Below are positions 24,035 to 34,217 of a stretch of 61,427 nucleotides of DNA, piece after piece. Source of the DNA: Candidatus Moranbacteria bacterium UBA2206 (GTDB lineage Bacteria > Patescibacteriota > Minisyncoccia > Moranbacterales > UBA2206). Under the pieces are notes generated by a model, which saw nothing but the letters and a program-made list of their open reading frames with translations, made no database searches and was not told the DNA's origin. A program made the translations under genes and the position numbers. The stretch's first letter is position 1. The number at the start of each line of letters is the position of its first letter. The DNA is taken from the NCBI GenBank assembly GCA_002328565.1, contig DCUU01000065.1, positions 1 to 61,427 of the forward strand, written 5' to 3'.

Positions 24035-24270
24035 CCCACCCCATAAAATAAAGAATTATAATTGGGACTTTATCGCATTAATTCTTTTTGTATTCCATTC
24101 AGCCTTGCGAAACGTGCCACTATAAATTCGAGTGAGCTGGCGTTAAAAATTTACTCATTCGTGTCCTAAGTGGAGTTTAGTAAATTTAGCCAGCAAACGA
24201 AGAATTTATTGGCACATGAGCTCGGCTGAGAGTTCTTTTTGTTACTTTTTCTTGCGGAAAGAAAAAGTAA
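24035..24270. repeat. mosaic structured intergenic repeat, family R (copy R1)
   Basis: Four modules shared with 35191..35405: 27-nt CCCACCCCATAAAATAAAGAAtTATAA, 18-nt TTCAGCCTTGCGAAACGT, a 50-nt core, and a 12-bp hairpin. Confidence 0.8.
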
Positions 24271-24311
24271 GGCTAAGTTTTTGAGAAAATAAAATCCATA
24301 AGGAGATTCTT

Positions 24312-24344
24312 ATGAAAAAATAAAAAACCCAAAAAATATGGGCT
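24312..24344 (-). terminator. intrinsic terminator after the DsbA-like gene
   Basis: Minus-sense AGCCCA-tatttttt-TGGGTT followed by TTTTATTTTTT. Confidence 0.6.
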
Positions 24345-24367
24345 TTTTAAAATATTTTCAATAATTT

Positions 24368-25381
24368 CTATTTCACCAATTGATCCTCAATATCTTTTTT
24401 CAAATCCTCCGCGCTAAGCGCTCCAGTTTCTACTTTGTCACCTACAAAAATTGTCGGCGTTCCCGTGATGCCAAAATTTTGCGCATCGCTAACATCAGCA
24501 TTAATTTTATCCTGGTATTTTTTGTTATCCAAGCAACCATTGAAATCATTAGTGTTAAGTCGAAGTGTTTTTGCGTATGATTTGAAACTAGCATTGTCTT
24601 TTGCTTCTCCCCATTGAGATTGTTTAGTATAAAGGATATCCGCATATTCCCAAAACTTTCCTTGTTCCTGTGCGCACATTGAAGCCAAAGCAGCACTTGA
24701 AGCCTGCGGATGAATTTCGCTCAGTGGAAATTGCTTAAAACTAAACAGAACTTTTTCCTGATAATTTTTCATCGTATCGCGAAGTGCTTTGTAGAAAACT
24801 TTGCAATATGGACATTGGAAATCAGAAAAAATAACCACCTTAACTTTAGCATCTTTGTTACCAAAGGTTGGGTCGCTCGAGCTTATCTGTGGTAATTCCA
24901 AATATTTCCCCACGGGCGCACCCAGCGCTTGCACATTCAAAACGTATTTGTCGCCCTTAGCATAAAATAGCGCCTGGGCCTCAGTATAAAATTCAGTTTG
25001 ATCAAGATTTTTGGCAAAGATGAAAGCTGGCAAAGTTTTGATTCCAAATTCGCTAATTAGATTTTTTCCTTGTTCGCTATCAAAACTTATTTTCTCTGCG
25101 CTAATTGTTGGTGAAACCCTTCGAAGCCAAGCCAAAATTTCTCCCGGGTCGCAAGCCTCGCAAGCGTCATCCGTAATGACAGAAATTGGCACGGCTAAAC
25201 TCTCATAGGCTACCCAAGTTTTTCCATTCGCTTCAAAAATATCAGATTTATTGAGATTTTTTTGCGAATAACCACTACTTTTTATAATTTGCCCGATGTC
25301 CACAAAAAGACTGCCCAAAAGAAGTCCGAACAAAAGAATTGCCAGAGAAATTAGATTTTTAATCTTATTTTTTTCTTCCAT
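24368..25381 (-). CDS. membrane-anchored DsbA-family thiol:disulfide oxidoreductase
   Basis: N-terminal TM and a thioredoxin-fold CPYC active site (FSDFQCPYCKVF). Confidence 0.8.
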   Translation of the reverse strand: MEEKNKIKNLISLAILLFGLLLGSLFVDIGQIIKSSGYSQKNLNKSDIFEANGKTWVAYESLAVPISVITDDACEACDPGEILAWLRRVSPTISAEKISFDSEQGKNLISEFGIKTLPAFIFAKNLDQTEFYTEAQALFYAKGDKYVLNVQALGAPVGKYLELPQISSSDPTFGNKDAKVKVVIFSDFQCPYCKVFYKALRDTMKNYQEKVLFSFKQFPLSEIHPQASSAALASMCAQEQGKFWEYADILYTKQSQWGEAKDNASFKSYAKTLRLNTNDFNGCLDNKKYQDKINADVSDAQNFGITGTPTIFVGDKVETGALSAEDLKKDIEDQLVK

Positions 25382-25402
25382 AGTTTTAATATATTGAAAA
25401 AA

Positions 25403-25771
25403 TTAATTGCTACTTTCCGAACTTTCATCGCCAACATCTCCCTCACTTTGAATACTCTGCTCTCCGCCTGAGCCAGTTTCTAAATCTTTTTGCGCCTCAT
25501 CTTTTTGTTTTTGCAAAATATCTTTTTCAATCTTATTTATATCAAAATCGCTTTTCATAATTTTCATTTTATAATCATCATATCCAATCGTAATTCTTTT
25601 CACCGCTTCAGTCTTGAGAGCAATCCCAATCAAAATTCCCAAAATCAAAAACAACCCAAGTTCAATATAGAAATCGTATTTTCCCTTTTTCGGTTTTTCC
25701 ACTATCTCATCTTTCTCTTTCTCCAATTCGGAAGTCACCGCTTCTTGAATTTTTTCCTCATTATTTTCCAT
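25403..25771 (-). CDS. hypothetical single-pass membrane protein (122 aa)
   Basis: One central hydrophobic span with acidic tails. Confidence 0.5.
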   Translation of the reverse strand: MENNEEKIQEAVTSELEKEKDEIVEKPKKGKYDFYIELGLFLILGILIGIALKTEAVKRITIGYDDYKMKIMKSDFDINKIEKDILQKQKDEAQKDLETGSGGEQSIQSEGDVGDESSESSN

Positions 25772-25833
25772 ACCACTAGGCTACCACACATCAAAAAACC
25801 CCGCAATCTTGCGGGATTTATGGTTTATGGCGT

Positions 25834-25865
25834 AATAAAACACTGACGAAAAAATTCCGTCAGTG
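25834..25865 (-). terminator. intrinsic terminator after the purC-purE fusion gene
   Basis: CACTGACG / CGTCAGTG stem with TTTTATT on the minus strand. A second, weaker hairpin lies at 25793..25816. Confidence 0.65.
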
Positions 25866-25896
25866 CTTAAAAATATCATTCCCCTAAAGATCCATC

Positions 25897-27219
25897 TTAG
25901 ATATCCATTTGTTCAATGGTATATTGTCTATGCATATAAACTATTGGATTTTTCTGCGCCAAAATATTAAGTGCGACTAAAACAGCATTTTTTGGTGACA
26001 ACACCGTCACCATTGGAACATTACTAGGCATCCTGAGACTACTCCAAACATCTTCAGAAAATTTTTCAGTAGTCATCGGCACTCCAACAACCGGCCATGT
26101 TGTTCTAGTAGACAATATTGGACCAAGACCATTAGACATACCCACAAAAGCGAGAATAACTCCTCCACTAGAATATTGCGTAAAAACCTTCTCTAGTCTA
26201 TCTAACGATAAATTAGTTGACTTATGACCAGACAAAGTTATCTCCTCAATAGAAATATTGTCTAATTTTTTAATTTGAGACATATCAGGAAACTCATCGC
26301 TATCTGATCCTCGCCACATCACTAAAGCCTGTTTAGGTATTCTAAAGTTTTGCGAAAGCTCAGCAACAAAACCATATTTTTTTTCGACTTCATCTAATTT
26401 TTCACCTTGTCTAAATGCTTCCTTGCTCAATTCTTGCCAATTAGCATCCCGAAGCCTCCAGCTATCATTGTCAATAACATCCGCTACCACAAGATTGCCT
26501 TTTCTATCCAATCCGTATTCTATTTTCATATCAATAATTCTATAGCCTAAAATATTCCAAGCGCCTTCAAGAACTAAAAATACTTTTCTACTCATATCAT
26601 CAATCTCTTTTGTCATCCTTGTTAAGCCATTTGGAAAAATTCCTTTAGCCTCTATAGTTTTTCCCAAGACAGCTTCCTCTTCCCATTTCGGTTTTTTAGA
26701 ATGATATAAATTCCAGTTATTTTCAAAAGGATTGTCGATAAATGGATCTTCCTCCCCTTTTTTAGGATCGAGTCCCTTTAATATTTTTATTCCCTTATAA
26801 TTTACTAATTCTCCCTTAGTGGTTTTTAGAAAAAATTCTATAACTAATTTATGAAATCTATGCGGAAGTTCTTCTTTATTTACTAATTCAGGATGTCTTT
26901 TTAGAAAACTACCTACAGCAAAACGCCTAGGCACAACTTCCAATGGAATCATTTCACAACTCGGAGCAACAAATTGATTGGCGGATATTTGTTTTTCGAA
27001 AGCCACCGGTATCCCTGCTTTTTTTAATAATTCAAAAACTCTACAAGTAACCGTAGTGGCATGCTCGGCTTTAGTTTTAAATTGCTTAGTAAAAGATGGG
27101 TCATCAAAAGCGGTAATATCATTTTTATTTTCAATAATTACCAAGTTCGGCTTATCCTTGACTTTCCAAACTATTTTGGTTTTACCCTCGTTTAATTTGG
27201 ATCCTTTTTTGTAGTCCAT
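25897..27219 (-). CDS. bifunctional SAICAR synthetase / AIR carboxylase (PAICS-like PurC-PurE fusion)
   Basis: N-terminus: EGKTKIVW, CEMIPLEVVPRRFAVGSFLKRHP, VADVIDNDSWRL. C-terminus: GSDSD, SGHKST, VGMSNGLGP, PVVGVP, DVWSSLRMPSNVP. Confidence 0.85.
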   Translation of the reverse strand: MDYKKGSKLNEGKTKIVWKVKDKPNLVIIENKNDITAFDDPSFTKQFKTKAEHATTVTCRVFELLKKAGIPVAFEKQISANQFVAPSCEMIPLEVVPRRFAVGSFLKRHPELVNKEELPHRFHKLVIEFFLKTTKGELVNYKGIKILKGLDPKKGEEDPFIDNPFENNWNLYHSKKPKWEEEAVLGKTIEAKGIFPNGLTRMTKEIDDMSRKVFLVLEGAWNILGYRIIDMKIEYGLDRKGNLVVADVIDNDSWRLRDANWQELSKEAFRQGEKLDEVEKKYGFVAELSQNFRIPKQALVMWRGSDSDEFPDMSQIKKLDNISIEEITLSGHKSTNLSLDRLEKVFTQYSSGGVILAFVGMSNGLGPILSTRTTWPVVGVPMTTEKFSEDVWSSLRMPSNVPMVTVLSPKNAVLVALNILAQKNPIVYMHRQYTIEQMDI

Positions 27220-27223
27220 ATTT

Positions 27224-28684
27224 TTAAATTAATTTATTAGAAATTTTTTTAGCATTTTTTATTATTTCTAAGGATTTTTTTTTGGCATCACCGATATAAT
27301 TTTGTGGATTTTTAAATAATTTCAATATCTCCGGTTCAATTTTTGATATTAATATTTTTATTTTTTTATCCTTCTTAGCCATATCATTCAATACATCAAT
27401 CATAGAACACTTTTTTTTCTGCGCCTCGGGAACTAGTTCATGGTTAACTAATTCATGCGCATCACCAGAATAACCAGCCATTTGCAACGCAATATATAGC
27501 GGTTCTGCCAAAATGACATTAGCATTTTTTTGAAAATTCAACTTACATATTTCTTCATTAATTGACAATCTTTCCAGAAATGTCTCCCCTGATTTATTTT
27601 CTTTAAGTAGAGTGTTTAGCTGTTGCTGAAGATTTATCAAAATTATTGGATAATCTCTCATCATTGAACTTCCAACTAAATCACGCTGATGTTCACTGAT
27701 AAAATTATCTAGAACTTTTCCAAATTCATTTTTATTTCGCAACCACATACCCTCTAAGTTTTCAAAATTAATTGGGTTTCTTTTGTGCGCCATAGTAGAT
27801 GACCCAACCTGTCCTTTTTCAAATGATTCCACTATTTCACCTATTTCACTTCTCATTAGATGTCGAGCATCTCTTCCAAATTGCCCCAAGACTGCCGACA
27901 AGCTAATACAAGAAAAAAGAAAATATCCTAATTGCTCTGGGGGTAGTATTTGCGTGCTAATGGGAGCCGGTTTTAGATTCAATTTTTCTAAAAGTTTTTT
28001 TTCAAAATCATTTTGAGATTTTTTAAAAGAAAAACCCAGTCCAAACTGAGCATTGTGTGCGCCAACTGCTCCTGATATTTTTCCTGTTAAATTATCACAA
28101 AAATAATCTAACTTTTCCCAATTATAAACAACTCTATTTAATATCGTCGCCAACCAAAAACCTACCGTAATCGGCAAGGCGTGTTGGCCGTGCGTTCTCC
28201 CTATTTGAATTTTTCCTGAATTTTCCTCAACTAATTTTGAAAAAATATCAACCACCCTACCAAGAGATGGCTTGATAGAAATTTCGTAAGCTTCTCTAAA
28301 TTGCAAAATTCTAGCTGTATCCAAAGCATCGTAGCTAGTTAGTGGTATATGCACCCATCGAGCAACATCTTTATCAAGAATTTTTTGAGCGCATCTTACC
28401 CACGCTCGAATATCATGATGGGTTATTTCTCTTTCTACTATATCTACCTCTGAAGTTTTTATATTAAGTAATTTTTGCTTAACTTCTCTTGTTAATTTTT
28501 TGAAATCTTTCAGCGGAATTATTTTCATCTCACCTAGCGTTTCCAGTGCTGCTATCTCAACCTGAGCTACTTTTTTATATAAATTATCATATCCAAAAAC
28601 TGGAATCATTTGTTTTGGTTGATATCTGGGATTTCCAGGTAGCATTGTGTTTAAATTTTCCATAAAAAATGAATCGTTATTCAA
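27224..28684 (-). CDS. purB: adenylosuccinate lyase
   Basis: Fumarate-lyase signature GSSTMAHKRNPINFE. The start may be the internal ATG at 28663. Confidence 0.9.
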   Translation of the reverse strand: MNNDSFFMENLNTMLPGNPRYQPKQMIPVFGYDNLYKKVAQVEIAALETLGEMKIIPLKDFKKLTREVKQKLLNIKTSEVDIVEREITHHDIRAWVRCAQKILDKDVARWVHIPLTSYDALDTARILQFREAYEISIKPSLGRVVDIFSKLVEENSGKIQIGRTHGQHALPITVGFWLATILNRVVYNWEKLDYFCDNLTGKISGAVGAHNAQFGLGFSFKKSQNDFEKKLLEKLNLKPAPISTQILPPEQLGYFLFSCISLSAVLGQFGRDARHLMRSEIGEIVESFEKGQVGSSTMAHKRNPINFENLEGMWLRNKNEFGKVLDNFISEHQRDLVGSSMMRDYPIILINLQQQLNTLLKENKSGETFLERLSINEEICKLNFQKNANVILAEPLYIALQMAGYSGDAHELVNHELVPEAQKKKCSMIDVLNDMAKKDKKIKILISKIEPEILKLFKNPQNYIGDAKKKSLEIIKNAKKISNKLI

Positions 28685-29723
28685 AAATTACCTCGCCATT
28701 GCCTTTTATAATTTCTCCTATCAATATTCCTTCTTTTATTTTTTCTTTTGAAACTGCAATAAGCCCAATTCCGCAGTTGAAAGTTCTTAGCATTTCATAA
28801 TCAGAAACATTTCCTGTTTTTTGTATTAGATCAAAAATAGCAGGACGTTTCCAGGAATCTTTTTTTATTTTAATTGCGCATCCTTTTGGTAAAATTCTAG
28901 GAGGATTTTCTACTAACCCCCCGCCTGTGATGTGAGCAAAACCTTCAATTTTATATAATGAAATTAATTTTTTTATAATCTTTATATAAATTTTTGTAGG
29001 AGTAAGCAACTCTTCTCCTAAAGGCTTAGAAAGACCGCTAAATTTGGAATTTAGAATTTTTTTCGCTCTTGTTCTATCCTTAAAATTAATCCCAAATATT
29101 TTTCTTACCAAGCTATAGCCATTTGAATGAACCCCGGAAGAGGCAAAGCCATAAACCTTCATACCAGGTTTTATATTTTCTCCAAGGATTAAATCCTTTT
29201 TCGATTCTGCAAATCCCGTAGCAAACCCTGCTAAATCATATTCCTCCTCAGTATATACATCTGGCATTTCTGCCATCTCTCCACCCATTAGAGCGCACTC
29301 GCAATCATGGCAACCCTTAATTATACCATTTACTATTTTTTCAGTTCTTTTTGGTAGTTGCTTTCCCATAGCAATATAATCCAAAAAAATAGCAGGCATC
29401 ACACCAATAACGGCTAAATCATTAACGCTCATCGCTACTAAATCAATTCCTATCGTATCGTGTTTATTCATAAGACAAGCTAAAACTAACTTCGTTCCAA
29501 CGCCATCAGTAGAAGAAGCAACTATTTTTCCTCCTTTTAACTCCGCCACTCCACCAAAAGACCCAATTTTAGTCAAAACTTTACCGGGAAAATATTTGAA
29601 AGTTTTATGCACATTTTTTTTAATGAGATCGACTGCCAAATTTCCCGCACTAATATCCACCCCACTATTAGCATAAGTTATTTTTTTATCATTTTTTTTC
29701 ATAATTATTTTTTTTGACACCAA
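28677..29723 (-). CDS. purM: phosphoribosylformylglycinamidine cyclo-ligase (AIR synthetase)
   Basis: YANSGVDI, STDGVGTKL. The start may be ATG 29702. Confidence 0.92.
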   Translation of the reverse strand: MVSKKIIMKKNDKKITYANSGVDISAGNLAVDLIKKNVHKTFKYFPGKVLTKIGSFGGVAELKGGKIVASSTDGVGTKLVLACLMNKHDTIGIDLVAMSVNDLAVIGVMPAIFLDYIAMGKQLPKRTEKIVNGIIKGCHDCECALMGGEMAEMPDVYTEEEYDLAGFATGFAESKKDLILGENIKPGMKVYGFASSGVHSNGYSLVRKIFGINFKDRTRAKKILNSKFSGLSKPLGEELLTPTKIYIKIIKKLISLYKIEGFAHITGGGLVENPPRILPKGCAIKIKKDSWKRPAIFDLIQKTGNVSDYEMLRTFNCGIGLIAVSKEKIKEGILIGEIIKGNGEVIFE

Positions 29724-32700
29724 TTATAAGCATTTTGAAACATTTTAAGCCAAGGAGAAACTTTCAGTTTCTTTTTCATATCTTCAGGCATATAGGCCCA
29801 TTGCCACTTGAGAAAAGCTCTTTCAGGATGAGGCATCATTGCTAAGTGTCTTCCGTCTGGCGAACACAGGGCAGCGATACCGTTTATCGATCCGTTGGGA
29901 TTGAAAGGATATTTTTCTGTTGCTTTTCCTTCATCATCGCAATAAGCTAGCGAAGTCAAATTTTGTCTAATCGTTTGCTGATAGATTTTTTTATCTGGAA
30001 AAATAAATTGCCCTTCTCCATGTGCCACCCAAATTCCCAACACAGAGTCTTCCATACCCTGAAACATAATTGCTGGACTAGGATTTATTTTTACACTTAA
30101 CCATCTTGATTCAAATCTACTTGATTTATTTTTGATAAGACGGGGTTGTTTTTTAGTTTCAATTCCTTTCCATGGAACCCACCCAATTGAAGTCATTAAT
30201 TGACATCCATTACAAACCCCCAAAGAAAAAGTTTCTGATCTTTTATAAAAATCATTAAACATTTTCACTAATTTTTTACTGTATTTTATAGAAGATGCCC
30301 AACCCTTAGCGCTACCAAAGACATCGGCGTAAGAAAATCCTCCCACAAAGGCAACGCCTCTAAACTTTTTCAAATCAACTCTCCCTTCCAAAAGATCTGC
30401 CATAGAAACATCCCACACCTCGAATCCTGCCATATGAAAAGAACTTGCCATTTCCCTATCTCCGTTGCTACCTTCTTCACGCAAAATTGCGACTTTCGGT
30501 TTATTTTTAATATTTCCAGATTTTTTGTCAGCTTTTGGCACAAAATTTATTTGATATTTTTGCCCTAATCGCTTGAAAATATTTTCTTTTTCTTCTAGCG
30601 CTACCTGAGGATTTGTTTGTAATCTATTCAATTGATACGACGTTTCTTCCCAGATTCTTCGTAATTTATTACTTTCTTTTTCTAATATTTTTTTGTCATT
30701 ATATTGAATTTTTATAAGATCAGCTTTTTCCGTTTTTCCCAATAGTCTAGTAATTTTTTCTAAGCCGAATTTATGAATTATTTTTCTAAAATGTTCTTTT
30801 TTATTTTTTTCTATTTCCATAACATACCCAAGCTCTTCGTTAAAAAAGAAAGCGAATGAATCTTTCTTGTTTTTAACTTTCAAATCCAATCCGCAATTTC
30901 CAGCAAATGCCATTTCCAAAACAGTTGTGATCACTCCTCCATCAGACCTATCGTGACCTGAAAGCAAAACATTTTCATCTATCATTAACTGCACTGCTTG
31001 GAAAAAATTCTTAAGAATTTTTGATTTTTCTACATCCGGACATTCATTTCCAATTTGACTCAGAATCTGAGCCAGTGCCGAACCACCCAATCTGCATCTA
31101 TCTTCACCTAAATCTATAAACCAAAGTTCACTATCTCCTGGTTTTTTTATATCTGGAGTGATGACTTTTTCAATATTTGGAACAGAAGCATAAGCAGAGA
31201 TTACTAGCTGACCAGGAGATTTAACTATTTCTTTTCCCACCTTAGCAGCCATAGATAAACTATCTTTTCCTCCATCAATTGCAATGCCGAGCTCAATCAT
31301 AAAATCACGAGTGGCGCAGGCAGCTTCATAAACCTTTGATCCTTCACCTGGTAGTTTCGCTGGCCACATCCAATTTCCTGAACATTTTATACTTTCTAAA
31401 GAAGAAATTCTAGCTGAAACAATATTAGTCAGAGCTTCCCCAACTGACATTCTAGCTCCAGCTTCAGAATCAATCAGCATCTTAATCGGTTGTTCCCCAA
31501 TTGATATGGCGGCACCAGTTTTTCCAAAATGGCTTTGAGCAATAACTGAAACATCCGAAACTGGCAAATCCAAAGGTCCACAGCACTGTTGTCTAGCAAT
31601 AAGCCCAGTGACACTTCTATCAACCTTAGAAACTAAAAATCTTTTTGAACATACTGATGGTAATTTCAAAACATTTCCCAGGGCTTTTTCGAAAGATAAT
31701 TTTTTAGGAATTTTCAATTTAGGAAAATTCATTTTCATTTTTTCATCCCTAAATTCTTTTTGAGGCATTTTTCCTAAAATCTTAGCAAGTTCCAAATTTA
31801 CCGGATAAGAATTGTCAGATTCATCATGAACAATAATTCTTCCATCTCCTGTTATTCTACCCAGAACTTCAAAATCAGATTTTTCTCTTTGGCAAATTTT
31901 TTCAAATTTTTTCAAATCCTTTGGATAAATAAGCAAAGCATTTCTTTCTTGGTATTCCGCTCCCCAAATTTCTAAAACTGACATCGTTTCATCTCCCAAT
32001 TTTATTTTTCTTATTTCTATCTTCCCTCCAGCAGGTTCGATAATTTCCGTTAGAACATTACATGGGCCACCAGCCCCTTGATCATGAATGCTTATTATTG
32101 GATTTTCTTTTCCCATTTCTGAACATGCCCTAATCACTCTATTCATTTTTTGTTCCAATTCGGCATCGCCTCTTTGTACCGCGTTAAAATCTAATTCTGC
32201 TTTATTTTCCCCCTGGATCATGCTAGAAGCTGCGCCACCCCCCATACCAATCCGATAAGCTGGACCTCCAACCTGAATAATTAGCATATCTTTTTCGGGA
32301 TTGCCCTTTTTAATATGTACGTTTTCAATTTGTCCCACTCCACCACTAAATAATATCGGCTTATTCCATTCTCGTCTTTCTCCGCCCGGTAATAACATCC
32401 CAAAAGAACGATTAAATCCTTGGATCATTGGTTCCCCAAATTTATTTCCATAATCAGAAGCCCCATTACTTGCATCAATTTGTATTTTTTGAGGAGAAGC
32501 TAAATTTTCCGGATATTTAAATTTCTTATTCTCCCATGGCAAATTATAACCATGGATATTTAAATTTCCCACGCAATAACCGGATGTTCCCGCAACAACC
32601 AACCCACCTCTGCCAGTTCCTTGAACATCCCTTATTCTTCCGCCCGCTCCAGTTTCAGCACCAGGAAACGGAGCAACTCCAGTAGGAAAATTATGTGTTT

Positions 32701-33514
32701 CGGCTGTGAAAATAAGATGATAAACTTTGTCAACATTTTTGAATTTTGAAGATTTGGATGTTTCACTTGGAATAATAGTTTTTATCTTATACCCTTTTAT
32801 AGCGCTAGAGTTATCATTAAAAGCAATCAGACTATTTGAAAGATTTTTTTTGAGAGGAGCCTGAACAACTTCAAGCAAACTTTGATTTTGTTCTTTCCCA
32901 TTAATTATTTGTTTACCCTTAAAAAACCAATGCCTTGAATGCTCACTATTAGCTTGACCTAATTGAAAACATTCCACATTAGTAGGATTTCTTTTTAAAT
33001 CTTTAACAAACAAATCATGGTAAAAATTCAAATCCCACGCATCCATTCCAAGCCCCATGTCTTGGTTGATTTTTTTCAAAGCCTCAACGCCGTTTTTTAG
33101 CAAATCAACTTCAAACACTGCCTCTGGATTGATATCAATTTTGAAACTTTCTAATTTTTTCGGATAAGTTGTCTCAGTCATTCTATCTTTATTCTTCAAA
33201 ATAAATTCTTCTTTTTTTCCATTATCCAAAACAACAAACCGTTTAGATTTTTCAATTCTTTTCACCTTACCAAGACCACAGGATCTACAAATTGAAACTG
33301 CATTAGTAGAAAAAGGCGTAGCAAAGTTTAATCTTGGGCCGATTTCCACAACATTTTTTGTTAGTTTATTTTTTGTGTTTATTTTTTCCACAAGAAATCC
33401 TTCAGCCAAAAGCTGAGAGAGCTTGAGTATTTCATCCTTATTAAGAGTTTTTGACGTTTCAATATTAAAACAATGTTCTTCTTTGCTATTTAAGAATGAA
33501 TATAAATGATACAT
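29705..33514 (-). CDS. purL: phosphoribosylformylglycinamidine synthase, single-chain large form
   Basis: 1269 aa with a C-terminal glutamine amidotransferase domain (GVCNGCQ, HPER). Confidence 0.95.
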   Translation of the reverse strand: MYHLYSFLNSKEEHCFNIETSKTLNKDEILKLSQLLAEGFLVEKINTKNKLTKNVVEIGPRLNFATPFSTNAVSICRSCGLGKVKRIEKSKRFVVLDNGKKEEFILKNKDRMTETTYPKKLESFKIDINPEAVFEVDLLKNGVEALKKINQDMGLGMDAWDLNFYHDLFVKDLKRNPTNVECFQLGQANSEHSRHWFFKGKQIINGKEQNQSLLEVVQAPLKKNLSNSLIAFNDNSSAIKGYKIKTIIPSETSKSSKFKNVDKVYHLIFTAETHNFPTGVAPFPGAETGAGGRIRDVQGTGRGGLVVAGTSGYCVGNLNIHGYNLPWENKKFKYPENLASPQKIQIDASNGASDYGNKFGEPMIQGFNRSFGMLLPGGERREWNKPILFSGGVGQIENVHIKKGNPEKDMLIIQVGGPAYRIGMGGGAASSMIQGENKAELDFNAVQRGDAELEQKMNRVIRACSEMGKENPIISIHDQGAGGPCNVLTEIIEPAGGKIEIRKIKLGDETMSVLEIWGAEYQERNALLIYPKDLKKFEKICQREKSDFEVLGRITGDGRIIVHDESDNSYPVNLELAKILGKMPQKEFRDEKMKMNFPKLKIPKKLSFEKALGNVLKLPSVCSKRFLVSKVDRSVTGLIARQQCCGPLDLPVSDVSVIAQSHFGKTGAAISIGEQPIKMLIDSEAGARMSVGEALTNIVSARISSLESIKCSGNWMWPAKLPGEGSKVYEAACATRDFMIELGIAIDGGKDSLSMAAKVGKEIVKSPGQLVISAYASVPNIEKVITPDIKKPGDSELWFIDLGEDRCRLGGSALAQILSQIGNECPDVEKSKILKNFFQAVQLMIDENVLLSGHDRSDGGVITTVLEMAFAGNCGLDLKVKNKKDSFAFFFNEELGYVMEIEKNKKEHFRKIIHKFGLEKITRLLGKTEKADLIKIQYNDKKILEKESNKLRRIWEETSYQLNRLQTNPQVALEEKENIFKRLGQKYQINFVPKADKKSGNIKNKPKVAILREEGSNGDREMASSFHMAGFEVWDVSMADLLEGRVDLKKFRGVAFVGGFSYADVFGSAKGWASSIKYSKKLVKMFNDFYKRSETFSLGVCNGCQLMTSIGWVPWKGIETKKQPRLIKNKSSRFESRWLSVKINPSPAIMFQGMEDSVLGIWVAHGEGQFIFPDKKIYQQTIRQNLTSLAYCDDEGKATEKYPFNPNGSINGIAALCSPDGRHLAMMPHPERAFLKWQWAYMPEDMKKKLKVSPWLKMFQNAYNWCQKK

Positions 33515-33531
33515 TATTTTGAAAAAATTAA

Positions 33532-34059
33532 TTATAGGTTTTTTAAAATAATCTCTATTCTTTCTTCCAGTCCAACATTCCCCAATTCAATCAGCTCATA
33601 TCCACTATTTATATAAGTTTTTTTCAATAAATAATGAATCATCTTCTGTTGCTCTTCGCTTTCTATTCTAGCATAATCCTTCTTATATGGAAGAGTGCTG
33701 AGTAAGAAAACTTTTTTATATTTTGCATTCTTTATCGCATCTCGCAAAAATTTATCCTCCGCAAATCCCAGCATTTCATAATAAGCGAGACTATCAGGAA
33801 TTCCCCTGTCCCAAAAAACTATTTCGCTTCGCGATTCTTTTTTTTCGTTTTCAATCTTTATCTCTAAAATCTTTCTTTGGAAATCCAGTTCGTTCTTTCT
33901 AATATCTTCCAGTGTTTTTCCTTTTTCAATTTCTTCATCAATATAAACTCTAGCCGCTTCCAAGACTACTTTGTATCCTAATTCTCTCAATTTTTCAATC
34001 AGGGTAGTTTTTCCCGAATGAGGAGCGCCCGTAATTACATACCAATTATTTTTGTTCAT
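33532..34059 (-). CDS. AAA/P-loop ATPase (NadR-type kinase-like)
   Basis: Walker A GAPHSGKTT at the N-terminus. 175 aa. Confidence 0.65.
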   Translation of the reverse strand: MNKNNWYVITGAPHSGKTTLIEKLRELGYKVVLEAARVYIDEEIEKGKTLEDIRKNELDFQRKILEIKIENEKKESRSEIVFWDRGIPDSLAYYEMLGFAEDKFLRDAIKNAKYKKVFLLSTLPYKKDYARIESEEQQKMIHYLLKKTYINSGYELIELGNVGLEERIEIILKNL

Positions 34060-34217
34060 ATTTTCAAACTTTATTCCTTATTAATAATTTAACACTATTT
34101 TATTATTTTATCAATAATACTATTTATTTGCTTGATATGCTATCTTATGATTAAATGATTTTAGGGAGGATGTTCTTTTTACTAAAATAAATCAATCGAA
34201 AGAATAGGAGGGGTATC

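Noticed and set aside
24300-24324. Mini-ORF ATG-AAA-AAA-TAA with a strong AAGGAG SD on the plus strand inside the porG upstream gap
   Set aside because: The 3-codon ORF could be chance in A-rich DNA. The adjacent hairpin folds better on the minus strand, as the terminator of the DsbA-like gene. No evidence of plus-strand transcription.
28677-29723. Gene overlaps purB/purM (8 nt) and purM/purL (19 nt) as possible programmed coupling or frameshift sites
   Set aside because: Internal ATGs (28663, 29702) remove both overlaps. Ordinary start-codon ambiguity.
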